Origin: Chthoniobacterales bacterium
GTDB taxonomy: Bacteria > Verrucomicrobiota > Verrucomicrobiia > Chthoniobacterales > UBA6821
DNA: 64,000 bases
Reading direction: 5' to 3'
Assembly (NCBI GenBank): GCA_049314455.1
Contig: JBMOFC010000007.1
Location: 631-64,630 of the forward strand
Shown: piece after piece, positions 1 to 8,511 of the stretch
Layout of the letters: every line of letters starts with the position of its first letter
Position numbering within the stretch: the first letter of the stretch is position 1
Position numbers and translations under genes: made by a program
Notes under the pieces: model-generated
The model's input: only the letters and a program-made list of their open reading frames with translations
Database searches by the model: none
Told to the model about the DNA's origin: nothing

Positions 1-606
1 AAATTTTTTTTCAAGAAAGAGTCCAATACCAAACATCAGCAAACCATACAAAATAGGAACTGTTTTGTCGTAGCGGTTCAAAAAAACGAGTTCTGGATAG
101 CGGCTTAAGTCGCGGACTTTGTCATAAGGAGTTGGAAAATTCCTCATCGAGGTTAACCATCCGATATGGGACCACCAAAAACCTTTGGTTACGGGAGAAT
201 GTTTATCCTCTTCTTCATCGGAATGCGTGTGATGATGACGATGCGTGGCCGCCCACCACAAAGGGCCGCGCTGCATGGAGGTATTACCTAAAACAGCAGC
301 TGCAAACTGAAAAAAACGGGAGGTCTTAAATGTCCTATGAGAAAAATAGCGATGATAAAATCCAGTAATGGCAAACATCCGAATCACATAGAGCAAGAGT
401 GCAGTTTCCACGGAGAGTGGACTGAACCCAACCCAAAGAACGGCAAGACATCCTCCATGTAAAAAAAGAAAAGGGAGCGTACGCTGCCAGTTGATTTTTT
501 CTGGAAGTGTGGAGGGATCTGGGAGCTCTTCCCTTTTAAAATCAGCATCCAGAGACTGCGCAAGGGTTTCGAAGAAGACGTTGATAGGATGCGGTTTTTT
601 ATTCAC
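1..606 (-). CDS. Membrane fatty-acid (acyl-CoA delta-9-type) desaturase, N-terminal 202 codons; C-terminus lies beyond the window edge
   Basis: Not in the ORF track because it is open at position 1. Manual minus-strand translation from GTG (606-604) has no stop down to position 1. It reads ...VIRMFAITGFYHRYFSHRTFK...PLWWAATHRHHHTHSDEEEDKHSP...FWWSHIGW, giving the HRxxSH and HRxHH histidine boxes of membrane desaturases. Confidence 0.8.
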   Translation of the reverse strand, partial: MNKKPHPINVFFETLAQSLDADFKREELPDPSTLPEKINWQRTLPFLFLHGGCLAVLWVGFSPLSVETALLLYVIRMFAITGFYHRYFSHRTFKTSRFFQFAAAVLGNTSMQRGPLWWAATHRHHHTHSDEEEDKHSPVTKGFWWSHIGWLTSMRNFPTPYDKVRDLSRYPELVFLNRYDKTVPILYGLLMFGIGLFLEKKF

Positions 607-672
607 AGGGATGGATGATTGTCACGGCGTGACAGTTTCAGTTGGTAGTTTAAGTCGAAGTGCTGATTGGTG

Positions 673-705
673 AAAATATTTTCTCTGCTTCAACTTAAAC
701 TTTTA
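673..705 (-). repeat. Purine-rich GTTGAAG-type post-stop motif (copy sense with gspD)
   Basis: Minus-sense CTGTTGAAGTTAAAAGTTTAAGTTGAAGCAGAG begins 22 nt after the gspD stop. Closely related strings lie at 41284-41321, 46731-46770 and 47408-47442. Confidence 0.7.
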
Positions 706-727
706 ACTTCAACAGCCGCTTAGCGGC

Positions 728-3673
728 CTAATAATTTCCTTGTTTAGGCATTCCAAAAAGTTTGAATTTCTTTTTTTTAGGTGGTGGCGTTGGTGTGGGC
801 TGTAGCTTTTTCTCAAGGCCTTTGGCCTCGGTACCCAGATCAGAAGATCCTCCCTCAATATTGCTTGCTTTTTCCATAGAAGTGTTTGAATCAATCACAA
901 TGGGCTGAATCATTACCACCAGTTCGGTACGCACCTTATTTTTCTGGGTATGACCTCCTAGTAGTGGTCCAATAATGGGAATTTTATTGACGTAAGGAAT
1001 CCCTTTTTCTTCATTATTTTTTTCATCCTGGATCAATCCCCCTAGGACAATAGTAGAACCACTAGGAATACGGACACTTGTGGTTAATTCTTGCGTGTTA
1101 ATGACAGGAGCATTGATTCCCGTCTTAGCTTCATCAAGAGTCGCCTGAGTATCGACCGTTTGATTTTGCTGGGCAATGATGAGGTTGACTTCCTTATCGG
1201 AATTAATCAAAGGAATGACCTCTAGTTTTAATAAAACATCTTGGTAGGTAATATTGGCTGTGATCGAGTTAGCGGTCTGACTAGATGTTCCTGTTGCACC
1301 AGCATTGACCAAGCTATTTAAGGTCTGAGACTGATACGGAATACGACGTCCGGAGAGAATGGTGGCCTTCTTGTTATTACTCGTGTAAACGGTTGGGCGC
1401 GCGATAGTTTTAAATTTTCCAGTGCTTTCTAAAAATTTAGCGTACATATCCACAGAACCACCGATAGAACCAAAAAGAGTCAATCCTCCTTGGCTATTAC
1501 TAACGGCATTATTAATACCTGCCGTTCGTGTTAAACTAGAGCTTCCAAGGCTATTGGTTCCAGCGGCACCAGGAAAAGTAGAATTGATGCCATTGAGCAG
1601 AGCAGCTCCTGCGGCTTTTCCGAGATCACCTCCAAAAGTATTGGCGAGGGTATTGAATCCGTCATAGTGAAAAAGATAACTAGCCCCATACTCCATTCCT
1701 TCTTCCAGCCTCATTTGACCAATAACAGCTGCCAAGTAGACTTGTTGTGGGCGACGATCCAAGAGGTCGATGATTTGACGTGCCTTGGCTTTGCTTTCAG
1801 GAGGTCCATAAACAATAATGCTATTAGCAGTAGGATCTGCCACGATGCTGGTGGACCCGACGATTGCTGATTGCGGAGGTGATTGTCTTTGGGATTCATT
1901 CAAGCGATCTGCATGGTTACCTCCTGCGTTGACTCCACTACTTCCTCCAATGCTGCTAGAAGATCCATCCATTGGGTTTTGAGAACCTAGGAGTCCTGAG
2001 GAGGTACTACTACTACCGCTGTTATTAAAAGGATTCTGAGGTGTTGCTTGTGGTTTTATTTGATTTTGTGTGGTGTCATCATCTTTGTTTTTGAGCATGT
2101 CGACGAGCACAGGAAAAACATCAGTTGCAGACATGTAGTTCAAAGGGCGTACGAGCGGTTCTTCCGGAGCTTGAGCCTTATCGAGATTGGCAATTAATTC
2201 GCGAACATAGCGGTAGTTTTCAGCACGTGTGACGACAAGAATGCGATTGGTCCGCTTATCAGCAATGAATTGAACCTTGCCACTAAAGACACGTTCATCA
2301 CCCGGATTAGAATTATCGGAAGCAGGTGGAATGGGTTGCTGAGGTTGATTATTTGGTGTATTGGGACCACCAGGCTGCCCTGAACCTCCTTTAGCTGGAG
2401 TGGGTGCTGGGGTGCTACTTTCTTTTCCAAAAATTTGATTTAATGTCTCCACTGTTTTTTCTGCATCGGCACGTTGCAGGAGGACGAATTCAGTAATGAT
2501 TTGTGAAGATTCATGATCAATGACTTTAAGGAGTGCTAATGCTTTGCGAATGATAGGAGTCTTATCGGTGATGACGATGGCACTTGTGTTGGGAACAGCA
2601 ACAAGTGAGCCAAAGGGATTGAGCTGCACAACACCTTGAAGAATGGTAATAGCCTCGGTGGTGCTTAAAAAATGGAGAGGTTGATAAAAACTCACCAGTT
2701 GGTCTCCGTCCGTCGGAAGTTCCGATTCTTCGAGGTAGAGTGGAAGACCTTCTGTACGAGGAGGGCGGCTTGGTCCAAGTACCTTCACTGTTTTTTCATC
2801 AACAGGAATCAGGACGTATCCGTTGAGCAACATGGAGCTTTCCATGACATTGATTGCCTCTTTTTTCGAAATAGGATCGGCGATCATGACCGAGAGTTCC
2901 GGTCCAGCAAGATTGGAATCTCGAATGATGCGTTTGCCTGTTAATTTTTCATACAGAGCAAGAATTTCCATGATCGAAGTATGAGGAAATTGCATGCTGA
3001 TTTTTTCATTCAGATTGATGGGTGTTGGAGAAGCTGTAGGAGATGTGGTAGTAGCAGGAGAAACGAGGTTCGTTGAAGATGAGTCCGATATTGGAACAAC
3101 TGCTGGAGTAACTGCTGGAGTAACTGTTGGAGCGGCTGTTGGAGTAACTGTTGGAGTAACTGTTGGAGAAGCGGTTGAAGCTGCCTGCTCAGCAGAGAGG
3201 TTGGGTTGAGGAGAAGCAGCAGGTTGTTGTAGAGTCTCAGGAGCTTGTTTCATCGCCTGAAATTTTGCTCGTGCAGCACGAAGAGCTGAAAGAGCCGTTG
3301 CAGGCAAGGGACTCGTTTCTTTTTTAAGTGGTAACGTAGAGGCTTCTAGCTGATGCGGTCTTGCCGAAGCAGATGGTTTAAGATCTTTGGAAGATTCTGT
3401 GATCTCTAAAGGAGAATTTGGAAGTGACAGCCCTTCGTGAGTAACGGTAGGAGTTGGTGTCGCTGAAGCTGATGGTGTCGGCAACGGCGTCGCTGGCGTT
3501 GTCAATGATAGTGGGACGTTTGTAGTAAGAAGAGGCGTTGCTTTGACAACGGGTGTGGCGCTTGACTCTGGTACGGTTATTGTGGTTCTTGCTACAAGAG
3601 TGCTCTCCTCTGATAGCGCTACGGAGAAAGAACACAAAGCTAGGAAAGTGATCAGAAAGAGACGAGGGTGCAT
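728..3673 (-). CDS. gspD: Type II secretion system secretin (GspD family) with long Thr/Pro/Ala/Ser-rich N-terminal extension
   Basis: 981-aa ORF with signal peptide MHPRLFLITFLALCSFSVALS. It has a C-terminal secretin domain (VRIPSGSTIVLGGLIQDEKNNEEKGIPYVNKIPIIGPLLGG...TELVVMIQPIVI) and N-domain-like segments (SIIVYGPPESKAKARQIIDLLD). It is the last gene of the gsp operon. Confidence 0.9.
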   Translation of the reverse strand: MHPRLFLITFLALCSFSVALSEESTLVARTTITVPESSATPVVKATPLLTTNVPLSLTTPATPLPTPSASATPTPTVTHEGLSLPNSPLEITESSKDLKPSASARPHQLEASTLPLKKETSPLPATALSALRAARAKFQAMKQAPETLQQPAASPQPNLSAEQAASTASPTVTPTVTPTAAPTVTPAVTPAVVPISDSSSTNLVSPATTTSPTASPTPINLNEKISMQFPHTSIMEILALYEKLTGKRIIRDSNLAGPELSVMIADPISKKEAINVMESSMLLNGYVLIPVDEKTVKVLGPSRPPRTEGLPLYLEESELPTDGDQLVSFYQPLHFLSTTEAITILQGVVQLNPFGSLVAVPNTSAIVITDKTPIIRKALALLKVIDHESSQIITEFVLLQRADAEKTVETLNQIFGKESSTPAPTPAKGGSGQPGGPNTPNNQPQQPIPPASDNSNPGDERVFSGKVQFIADKRTNRILVVTRAENYRYVRELIANLDKAQAPEEPLVRPLNYMSATDVFPVLVDMLKNKDDDTTQNQIKPQATPQNPFNNSGSSSTSSGLLGSQNPMDGSSSSIGGSSGVNAGGNHADRLNESQRQSPPQSAIVGSTSIVADPTANSIIVYGPPESKAKARQIIDLLDRRPQQVYLAAVIGQMRLEEGMEYGASYLFHYDGFNTLANTFGGDLGKAAGAALLNGINSTFPGAAGTNSLGSSSLTRTAGINNAVSNSQGGLTLFGSIGGSVDMYAKFLESTGKFKTIARPTVYTSNNKKATILSGRRIPYQSQTLNSLVNAGATGTSSQTANSITANITYQDVLLKLEVIPLINSDKEVNLIIAQQNQTVDTQATLDEAKTGINAPVINTQELTTSVRIPSGSTIVLGGLIQDEKNNEEKGIPYVNKIPIIGPLLGGHTQKNKVRTELVVMIQPIVIDSNTSMEKASNIEGGSSDLGTEAKGLEKKLQPTPTPPPKKKKFKLFGMPKQGNY
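3098..3181 (-). repeat. Seven tandem 12-bp units inside gspD encoding (V/A)TP(T/A) repeats
   Basis: Plus strand reads AACTGCTGGAGT AACTGCTGGAGT AACTGTTGGAGC GGCTGTTGGAGT AACTGTTGGAGT AACTGTTGGAGA AGCGGTTGAAGC. This translates on the minus strand to ...PTVTPTVTPTAAPTVTPAVTPAV... Confidence 0.85.
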
Positions 3674-3727
3674 TATAAGAGTTGTTACGTAGGGGGACGA
3701 TTTTTGGGAAGAGATGTTTATTTTTGT

Positions 3728-4414
3728 TTACTGATAAAAATTATTAGGCCCTTGCATTGGCTGACCAGAAATAGGTGGTCGAGTAATAACACGATGATTG
3801 TTGGGGTTATTGGTATTAGGCATTGTGCCTGGAGCATGTGGGGCATTGGGTAATGTCTGTCCAGGATAGTAGGGAGCGCCCGAAGGATGAAATGTATTTT
3901 TTTGCAGATTGTTTCCACTATTAAGAACTCCAGGTCCATTAAAGCGCTGTGGTCCCATGGTCGGAGCATTGGTATTGAGCTCTGGACTTGTAATCACACC
4001 TGTTTCTCCATTCACAAGAATAGTAGCTTTTAATTTATTAGGATCCGTTTCCTTCATGATATTCACAAGGGACATCGATTTTTTATTTGGTTTTTTTGTG
4101 AGCAACTCTCGACTTTGGTCGTTTTTGTCTAAAACAAAAATTTCTTCTTCCCCATCAAGGGTAATGATGCCAGTAACGGCATAGCGCTCTGCGAGAGGAG
4201 AAGATTCTTCGGCAGTCGCTAAAGAAAAAGGAGAATGTTGAAGGAGTGATTGAAAACTAGAAAGCTGGCGAGGCTTCATCCATGGGGAGGGAGGAATTGC
4301 ATCACTTTCCGTTTTTGATGTGTTTTCCCTGCTGTAGAGAGAGGTTAGCATTCCTAAAAATACCAAGAAAATCACCATGTAAAAACGAGTTTTTGAGGAT
4401 GAGGAGAAAATCAT
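3728..4414 (-). CDS. T2SS-associated membrane-anchored protein of unknown family (GspC/GspN/PilP-like position), Pro/Asn/Gly-rich C-terminus
   Basis: 228-aa ORF with one N-terminal TM (FYMVIFLVFLGMLTSLY). It has a 4-nt overlap with the upstream gspM-like ORF and lies directly upstream of gspD. No diagnostic motif was found. Confidence 0.4.
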   Translation of the reverse strand: MIFSSSSKTRFYMVIFLVFLGMLTSLYSRENTSKTESDAIPPSPWMKPRQLSSFQSLLQHSPFSLATAEESSPLAERYAVTGIITLDGEEEIFVLDKNDQSRELLTKKPNKKSMSLVNIMKETDPNKLKATILVNGETGVITSPELNTNAPTMGPQRFNGPGVLNSGNNLQKNTFHPSGAPYYPGQTLPNAPHAPGTMPNTNNPNNHRVITRPPISGQPMQGPNNFYQ

Positions 4415-4968
4415 CGAGAGGAAGTCGTTTGAAAAAATTGTTTGATCTCAAGATCGACAATGACCTTCGTCGGTTCCGAATCACTTTTGATGGTAAATTT
4501 ATTGATGGCTCTCCATGCGGTAGGATTTTGCAAGGCAAAGAGAAATTTCACCAATCCATCGAAGGACCCAGAAATCTTGGCTTGAACGCTGACGGAGGAG
4601 CCATAAGAAGAGGTATGAGGTGGGAGTAAATTTTCTTCGATGATTTTAAGACCCGCTTTTTCAGCTTCGTTTCGTTCGCATTTTAGGAGTTCAGCACTTG
4701 CTTGGTCGTTGTTCCAATTAGGGAGAGGATGTTGATGAATCCATGTGGTGGCAGGTTGGAGCATTTCTGCCATCATGATTACAGAGCGTCCTTCTGCCAG
4801 TTGCGTATTCAGCGTACTAATCTTAGATTGCAAAACGCGATGCATGTTCAAAAACAATTTTAAACTGAAAAGATTGAGCGCTAAAAAAACGGCTCCGCAG
4901 AGCACGAAGAAGAGCGTTTTTTCACTCGGAGCTAGTTTTCGCATGGGGTAGTGATCCTTCTGTTTCAA
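4411..4968 (-). CDS. GspM/PilO-like bitopic T2SS assembly protein
   Basis: 185 aa with a single N-terminal TM (LFFVLCGAVFLALNLFSL) followed by a soluble domain. Size, topology and position after the GspL-like ORF fit; the call rests on position only. Confidence 0.45.
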   Translation of the reverse strand: MKQKDHYPMRKLAPSEKTLFFVLCGAVFLALNLFSLKLFLNMHRVLQSKISTLNTQLAEGRSVIMMAEMLQPATTWIHQHPLPNWNNDQASAELLKCERNEAEKAGLKIIEENLLPPHTSSYGSSVSVQAKISGSFDGLVKFLFALQNPTAWRAINKFTIKSDSEPTKVIVDLEIKQFFQTTSSR

Positions 4969-6373
4969 ATCGAACGCTGTTTTTTCCTGCCAACTTCGGC
5001 TGGCTGCTTGTCCATTGATATTCTTGGAGATCTGGAGCGGTTTTAATGGACTCTAAGAAGTGATAAGCCTGAGAAACATCCGTTGCCTCGCCACTGATTT
5101 GCAAGCGTCCATCGATAGAAGCCAGTGAGATAAGACGAATTTTTTCACCATGAAGTTGACTAGCAACAGCGGCAAGAAGATCGAGTGCATAGGTCCTTGG
5201 GTCAATAGCAAAACGAAATTCTTGCCACTCAGCAAGATCGTGGTTGGCTTTTTCAATAGGAGCCGAAGCTCTGGTCAATTGATGTGAAAAACGGGTCGCT
5301 AGAGATTCCTTCAAAAGAAGATTTACAGCTCCTGAAAAAATGAGGAAGCAATAACCCATGAGTGCAAATGTCACGATTTTTTTGATCTGATCTCGTTTTG
5401 CTTGAAGGACTCTTTCGTGGCGCGCCTGCTCTGAAGGAAGGTCTAGGAGTGGTTTTGGGATTACTGGAGAGGGTATATCTACATGATGATCACAAGATTT
5501 TTCTGCGATACCAAGCTCGCGTTGAAGTAATTCACATTCTTTAGTTGAAAAAGGGCCAATCATGCGCACGCTGCGTGGCATGTGATCTAACACCGATTCT
5601 GCATGAAGATGAAGAGCCATCCGCTTGATCAGGCCGATTAAAAATGAATTCACCTCGGTTTCGCTGCTACCCGAGAACCACAAGCATTGATTTTTTTTGA
5701 TAAATGCAAAACAGATTTCACCCAGTTCATGCCATAACAGAAGGTCCGTATTTTCTGTTGGCAAGAGTCGTGCTGCAGCTTCAAAATGTTCCGCAGTCTT
5801 AAGGTAAGATGCGGTAGCCATAGAAGGTATTGCTGCCGGGGCTAATACCACCACCAAGGTGCGGTCATCATGAATTTCAAGGGTGATGATTTTCAATCCT
5901 TCACTCATTCCGCGTCTCAGTAGATGTTTGCTGGAAAGTTCTAGCATGACCAGTTCCTCGAGATTGCCTTGAGAGGCTACCCAAAGGGGAACTGCAATGA
6001 GGTCACGTGTTGGGACACCAATAATCCAATCTGTTTTTGAGGATGCGAGAGGAGGAGGGACTGCAGGCTCGAGCAAGATAGGACCACTATGGAGCTCAGC
6101 GGTTTCTTCTTTTTTCGAAGGCATTTTCCAAAGCTGCCATGCTCCCTCTTGAGTGCCTGGTCTTAAAAGAGTGAGTATATGGGACTTCTTTCGAAACTCT
6201 ATTGCTGATGTGAATGACGGCGTTGCTCCAGTGCTCGCCTGCCTTACCCCATCAGGCTTCGCAGTTTCTTTATCACGATCAGTATGAAGTATCCGGGCTA
6301 GTGATGGAATCTTCGCAAAAATCAACGTTACCTTTTCTAAAAGTGAGGTGAGGGGTGGAGGAATCTTACTCAT
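4922..6373 (-). CDS. GspL-like T2SS assembly protein; N-terminal ~60 aa partly repeat-derived
   Basis: 483 aa with a single TM (IVTFALMGYCFLIFSGAVNLLL) about 110 aa before the C-terminus, matching GspL topology. It has a 4-nt overlap with gspK-like. Residues ~30-55 (HTDRDKETAKPDGVRQASTGATPS) come from the repeat at 6230-6300. Confidence 0.45.
   Translation of the reverse strand: MSKIPPPLTSLLEKVTLIFAKIPSLARILHTDRDKETAKPDGVRQASTGATPSFTSAIEFRKKSHILTLLRPGTQEGAWQLWKMPSKKEETAELHSGPILLEPAVPPPLASSKTDWIIGVPTRDLIAVPLWVASQGNLEELVMLELSSKHLLRRGMSEGLKIITLEIHDDRTLVVVLAPAAIPSMATASYLKTAEHFEAAARLLPTENTDLLLWHELGEICFAFIKKNQCLWFSGSSETEVNSFLIGLIKRMALHLHAESVLDHMPRSVRMIGPFSTKECELLQRELGIAEKSCDHHVDIPSPVIPKPLLDLPSEQARHERVLQAKRDQIKKIVTFALMGYCFLIFSGAVNLLLKESLATRFSHQLTRASAPIEKANHDLAEWQEFRFAIDPRTYALDLLAAVASQLHGEKIRLISLASIDGRLQISGEATDVSQAYHFLESIKTAPDLQEYQWTSSQPKLAGKNSVRFETEGSLPHAKTSSE
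6230..6300. mobile_element. End fragment of the 33486-33742 MITE-like element, embedded in frame in the GspL-like ORF
   Basis: AGTGCTCGCCTGCCTTACCCCATCAGGCTTCGCAGTTTCTTTATCACGATCAGTATGAAGTATCCGGGCTA aligns by eye with 33675-33742. Its end matches the terminal repeat TAGCCCGGATATTTCATGCTGATC (33486-33509, reverse complement). Confidence 0.7.
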
Positions 6374-7431
6374 TGTTCTTGCCAGCTTAACATACTCCCA
6401 CCCTGTGAGTCTCCTATGATGACAACAATATGATGTGTGATGCCATGATAGATTCCTTTGCTATCGATGCGTCGAATATTGCCAGTGACTCCAAAATAGT
6501 TCAGTAACAGTTGTTCTTGGAGACCCGAGACTCCCATGAGTTTTGCTGCCTGGTTGATATCATTAAAAATCAAATCATCCTCTGTACCCGAGATTCCATC
6601 AGGACCAGCGCATAACTTTACAAAAGCTTCTGTCTGCTGTGGAGTTAATCCGAGCAGATCTATGAACATTTCCGGACTGCAATAATTGATGTTAATTTTT
6701 CCTGGATTGAACGTCGAAAAATAGTGTTCCCACTTAGGATTTGCCTTCACTACTGATGCGAAGCCAATGACCATCCCCATTTCACGAGCATGAACAAAGG
6801 GAGCATTGGGAGGATATCCTTCAAGGCCGTGCTTTTCATATTCAGCTTGCTTGGCTCCATGAGCAGAACGGAGCTCTGTTCGGCTTTGCCAATCATAGAG
6901 CCCGTCAATGGCAGTCTCCTGATCTTTTTGAGAAACACCCCATTTTTCAAACAGTCGCTGAAAAATAACACGATCTGATTTGGCTAACCAAGTATTCGGG
7001 TTGATAAAACCTGATTCGTTGTTGAGATGCACGGAAAAACTTTCTCCTTCTTTGTCTGTGGGATCACCTTGAGTTAAAGCAGGGTCATTCGGTCTGATAT
7101 TCGGATTCATGCCGATGGCCAGTCCGCTTAGTGCCAACTGACGTGCATGGAAAAGACGCTCTGCATGACTTTCTTCATCAAGCCAACTGCTGACACTTCC
7201 TGCAACTAAAATGATAAGTCCTGCTAAAAAAGCGATAGCCCAGAGTACCATGGGAAGTGCGAAGGCATTGCTTCGCAATGCTAGTTGTCGGTTGTCAGTT
7301 GTCAGTTGACAGCCTGAGCCATTGCTGCGCAGCTGTAGTTCGCACGTCATTCCCGCGGAGGCGGGAAGTGCAGTTCGAACGTCATTCTCGCGGAGGCGGG
7401 AATCGCAGTTGTTGCTAGCTCGTTGTGGCAT
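6370..7431 (-). CDS. gspK: Minor pseudopilin GspK-like protein
   Basis: Hydrophobic N-terminus AFALPMVLWAIAFLAGLIILVAG and a GspK-like helix-hairpin-helix region (YCSPEMFIDLLGLTPQQTEAFVKLCAGPDGISGTEDDLIFNDINQAAKLMGV). The ATG-ORF N-terminus (7279-7431) is made of repeats. An in-frame TTG at 7278 gives MRSNAFALP... (303 aa) and is the more plausible start. Confidence 0.6.
   Translation of the reverse strand: MPQRASNNCDSRLRENDVRTALPASAGMTCELQLRSNGSGCQLTTDNRQLALRSNAFALPMVLWAIAFLAGLIILVAGSVSSWLDEESHAERLFHARQLALSGLAIGMNPNIRPNDPALTQGDPTDKEGESFSVHLNNESGFINPNTWLAKSDRVIFQRLFEKWGVSQKDQETAIDGLYDWQSRTELRSAHGAKQAEYEKHGLEGYPPNAPFVHAREMGMVIGFASVVKANPKWEHYFSTFNPGKININYCSPEMFIDLLGLTPQQTEAFVKLCAGPDGISGTEDDLIFNDINQAAKLMGVSGLQEQLLLNYFGVTGNIRRIDSKGIYHGITHHIVVIIGDSQGGSMLSWQEQ
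7265..7312 (-). repeat. Pseudopilin leader module (17-nt hairpin + CAACTGACAAC repeats), copy at gspK
   Basis: Plus strand GCATTGCTTCGCAATGC + TAGTTGTCGGTTGTCAGTTGTCAGTTGACAG. The same 48-nt composite occurs at 8299-8346 and 9508-9555. Confidence 0.85.
7341..7410. repeat. Two tandem copies of the GC hairpin repeat (GTCATTCCCGCGGAGGCGGGAA type)
   Basis: CGCACGTCATTCCCGCGGAGGCGGGAAGTGCAGTT followed by CGAACGTCATTCTCGCGGAGGCGGGAATCGCAGTT. In the long gspK ORF these translate as ...DSRLRENDV...LPASAGMT... Confidence 0.85.
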
Positions 7432-7571
7432 TAGGAAATGTAATCTTGTTTTTTAGTAATGCAAATGGGAAGCAGATGAAAAAATGCTACCGAATATCTT
7501 TTGTGATTGCTGTCAAAAATAAATTTTTTGTGTCTTGATTAAACCCGCTGATTTAAAAGTGAAGTGCAACA

Positions 7572-8369
7572 CTATCTTCCCCGTAGAGGCATACCATTCA
7601 TCGGAATGTTCCTATTAGGAGGTGCGTTGCCAGAGGGATTCATGCTTGGAGGATTTGGAGTGCCAGTATTATTGTTAGGAGGAATCATTGGAACATAGCC
7701 TGATGTCCCGAGGCTGTGCTTAGTCACAGCAGGAACATAGAAAATGCTTTCAAGTGGCTCTGGAATACCTGCAACCTCCATCTCCAGACGGACTAATTGA
7801 GGTCTTGGAGAGCCACGAGGCCATTCATCTACCCATTCACCTTTATTAAAAAAACTCCAATGAGGTTTTTGAACGTTGGGAAGAAGTTTTATCCATGATG
7901 CATTTTGATAAAGATGATTCAGATCGGTGCCTTGAACATTTTTAGGAATACGAAGGATCGAGAAAGTTCTACTCCCATTACTATTTGGCTGTGCTGAAAG
8001 CGTTAAGGTTCCACCGGCAAGACTAGCAATTCCAAAGAGGCCTGTGGCATTTTCAAATGTAAGATCAGGAATCGTATTATTGCTATCATTGCTCAAGAAA
8101 ACAGCTCCATTGGCAGGTAAATTTAAAAAGGCATTGCGCGTGATTTGTAGGAATCCTGCTAACCGACGTAGTGTGAACTGTTCTACAATGGCTTCTTTTG
8201 TCGACTCGATCGCAGCCGAAGAAATAGAGTAAATGGCTCCAGCCAGTAGAACCATAATAGCCATGGCTAAGATGACTTCTAGTAACGTAAATGCAGAGCC
8301 ATCGCGTTGCGATGGCAGTTGTCGGTTGTCAGTTGTCAGTTGCCAGTTTTTGTCAGCTTGTTGTGCCAT
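7572..8369 (-). CDS. Minor pseudopilin GspJ-like protein with Pro/Asn-rich C-terminus
   Basis: Prepilin-type motif ...QRDGSA|FTLLEVILAMAIMVLLAG. At 265 aa it sits between the I-like and K-like genes. Its 26-aa leader includes the repeat-encoded QLTTDNRQL. Confidence 0.6.
   Translation of the reverse strand: MAQQADKNWQLTTDNRQLPSQRDGSAFTLLEVILAMAIMVLLAGAIYSISSAAIESTKEAIVEQFTLRRLAGFLQITRNAFLNLPANGAVFLSNDSNNTIPDLTFENATGLFGIASLAGGTLTLSAQPNSNGSRTFSILRIPKNVQGTDLNHLYQNASWIKLLPNVQKPHWSFFNKGEWVDEWPRGSPRPQLVRLEMEVAGIPEPLESIFYVPAVTKHSLGTSGYVPMIPPNNNTGTPNPPSMNPSGNAPPNRNIPMNGMPLRGR
8299..8346 (-). repeat. Pseudopilin leader module, copy at gspJ-like
   Basis: Plus strand CCATCGCGTTGCGATGG + CAGTTGTCGGTTGTCAGTTGTCAGTTGCCAG. 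Confidence 0.85.
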
Positions 8370-8475
8370 GAGAAAAGAAATATTATTTTTATGATGTAGG
8401 CTTACAACTCATAGAAAAAAGTATGGAATTTTTATTCGCTATTTTTGGCATTATTTGAACCGCTGTTAATTTAGT

Positions 8476-8508
8476 CTGACAACTGACAACTGGCTCTGCA
8501 AAGCAGAG
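8476..8508 (-). repeat. Inverted partner of the leader module plus GC hairpin, immediately after the gspI-like stop
   Basis: Plus strand CTGACAACTGACAACTGG followed by hairpin CTCTGCAAAGCAGAG. It is complementary to 8316-8346, with a ~130-nt spacer between. Confidence 0.8.
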
Positions 8509-8511
8509 GCC

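Noticed and set aside
705-727. Short GC hairpin GCCGCTTAGCGGC right after the gspD stop as a rho-independent terminator
   Set aside because: It has only a 5-bp stem with a 3-nt loop, and no U-tract follows on the minus strand. It is followed by the GTTGAAG-type motif instead. This is too weak to call a terminator.
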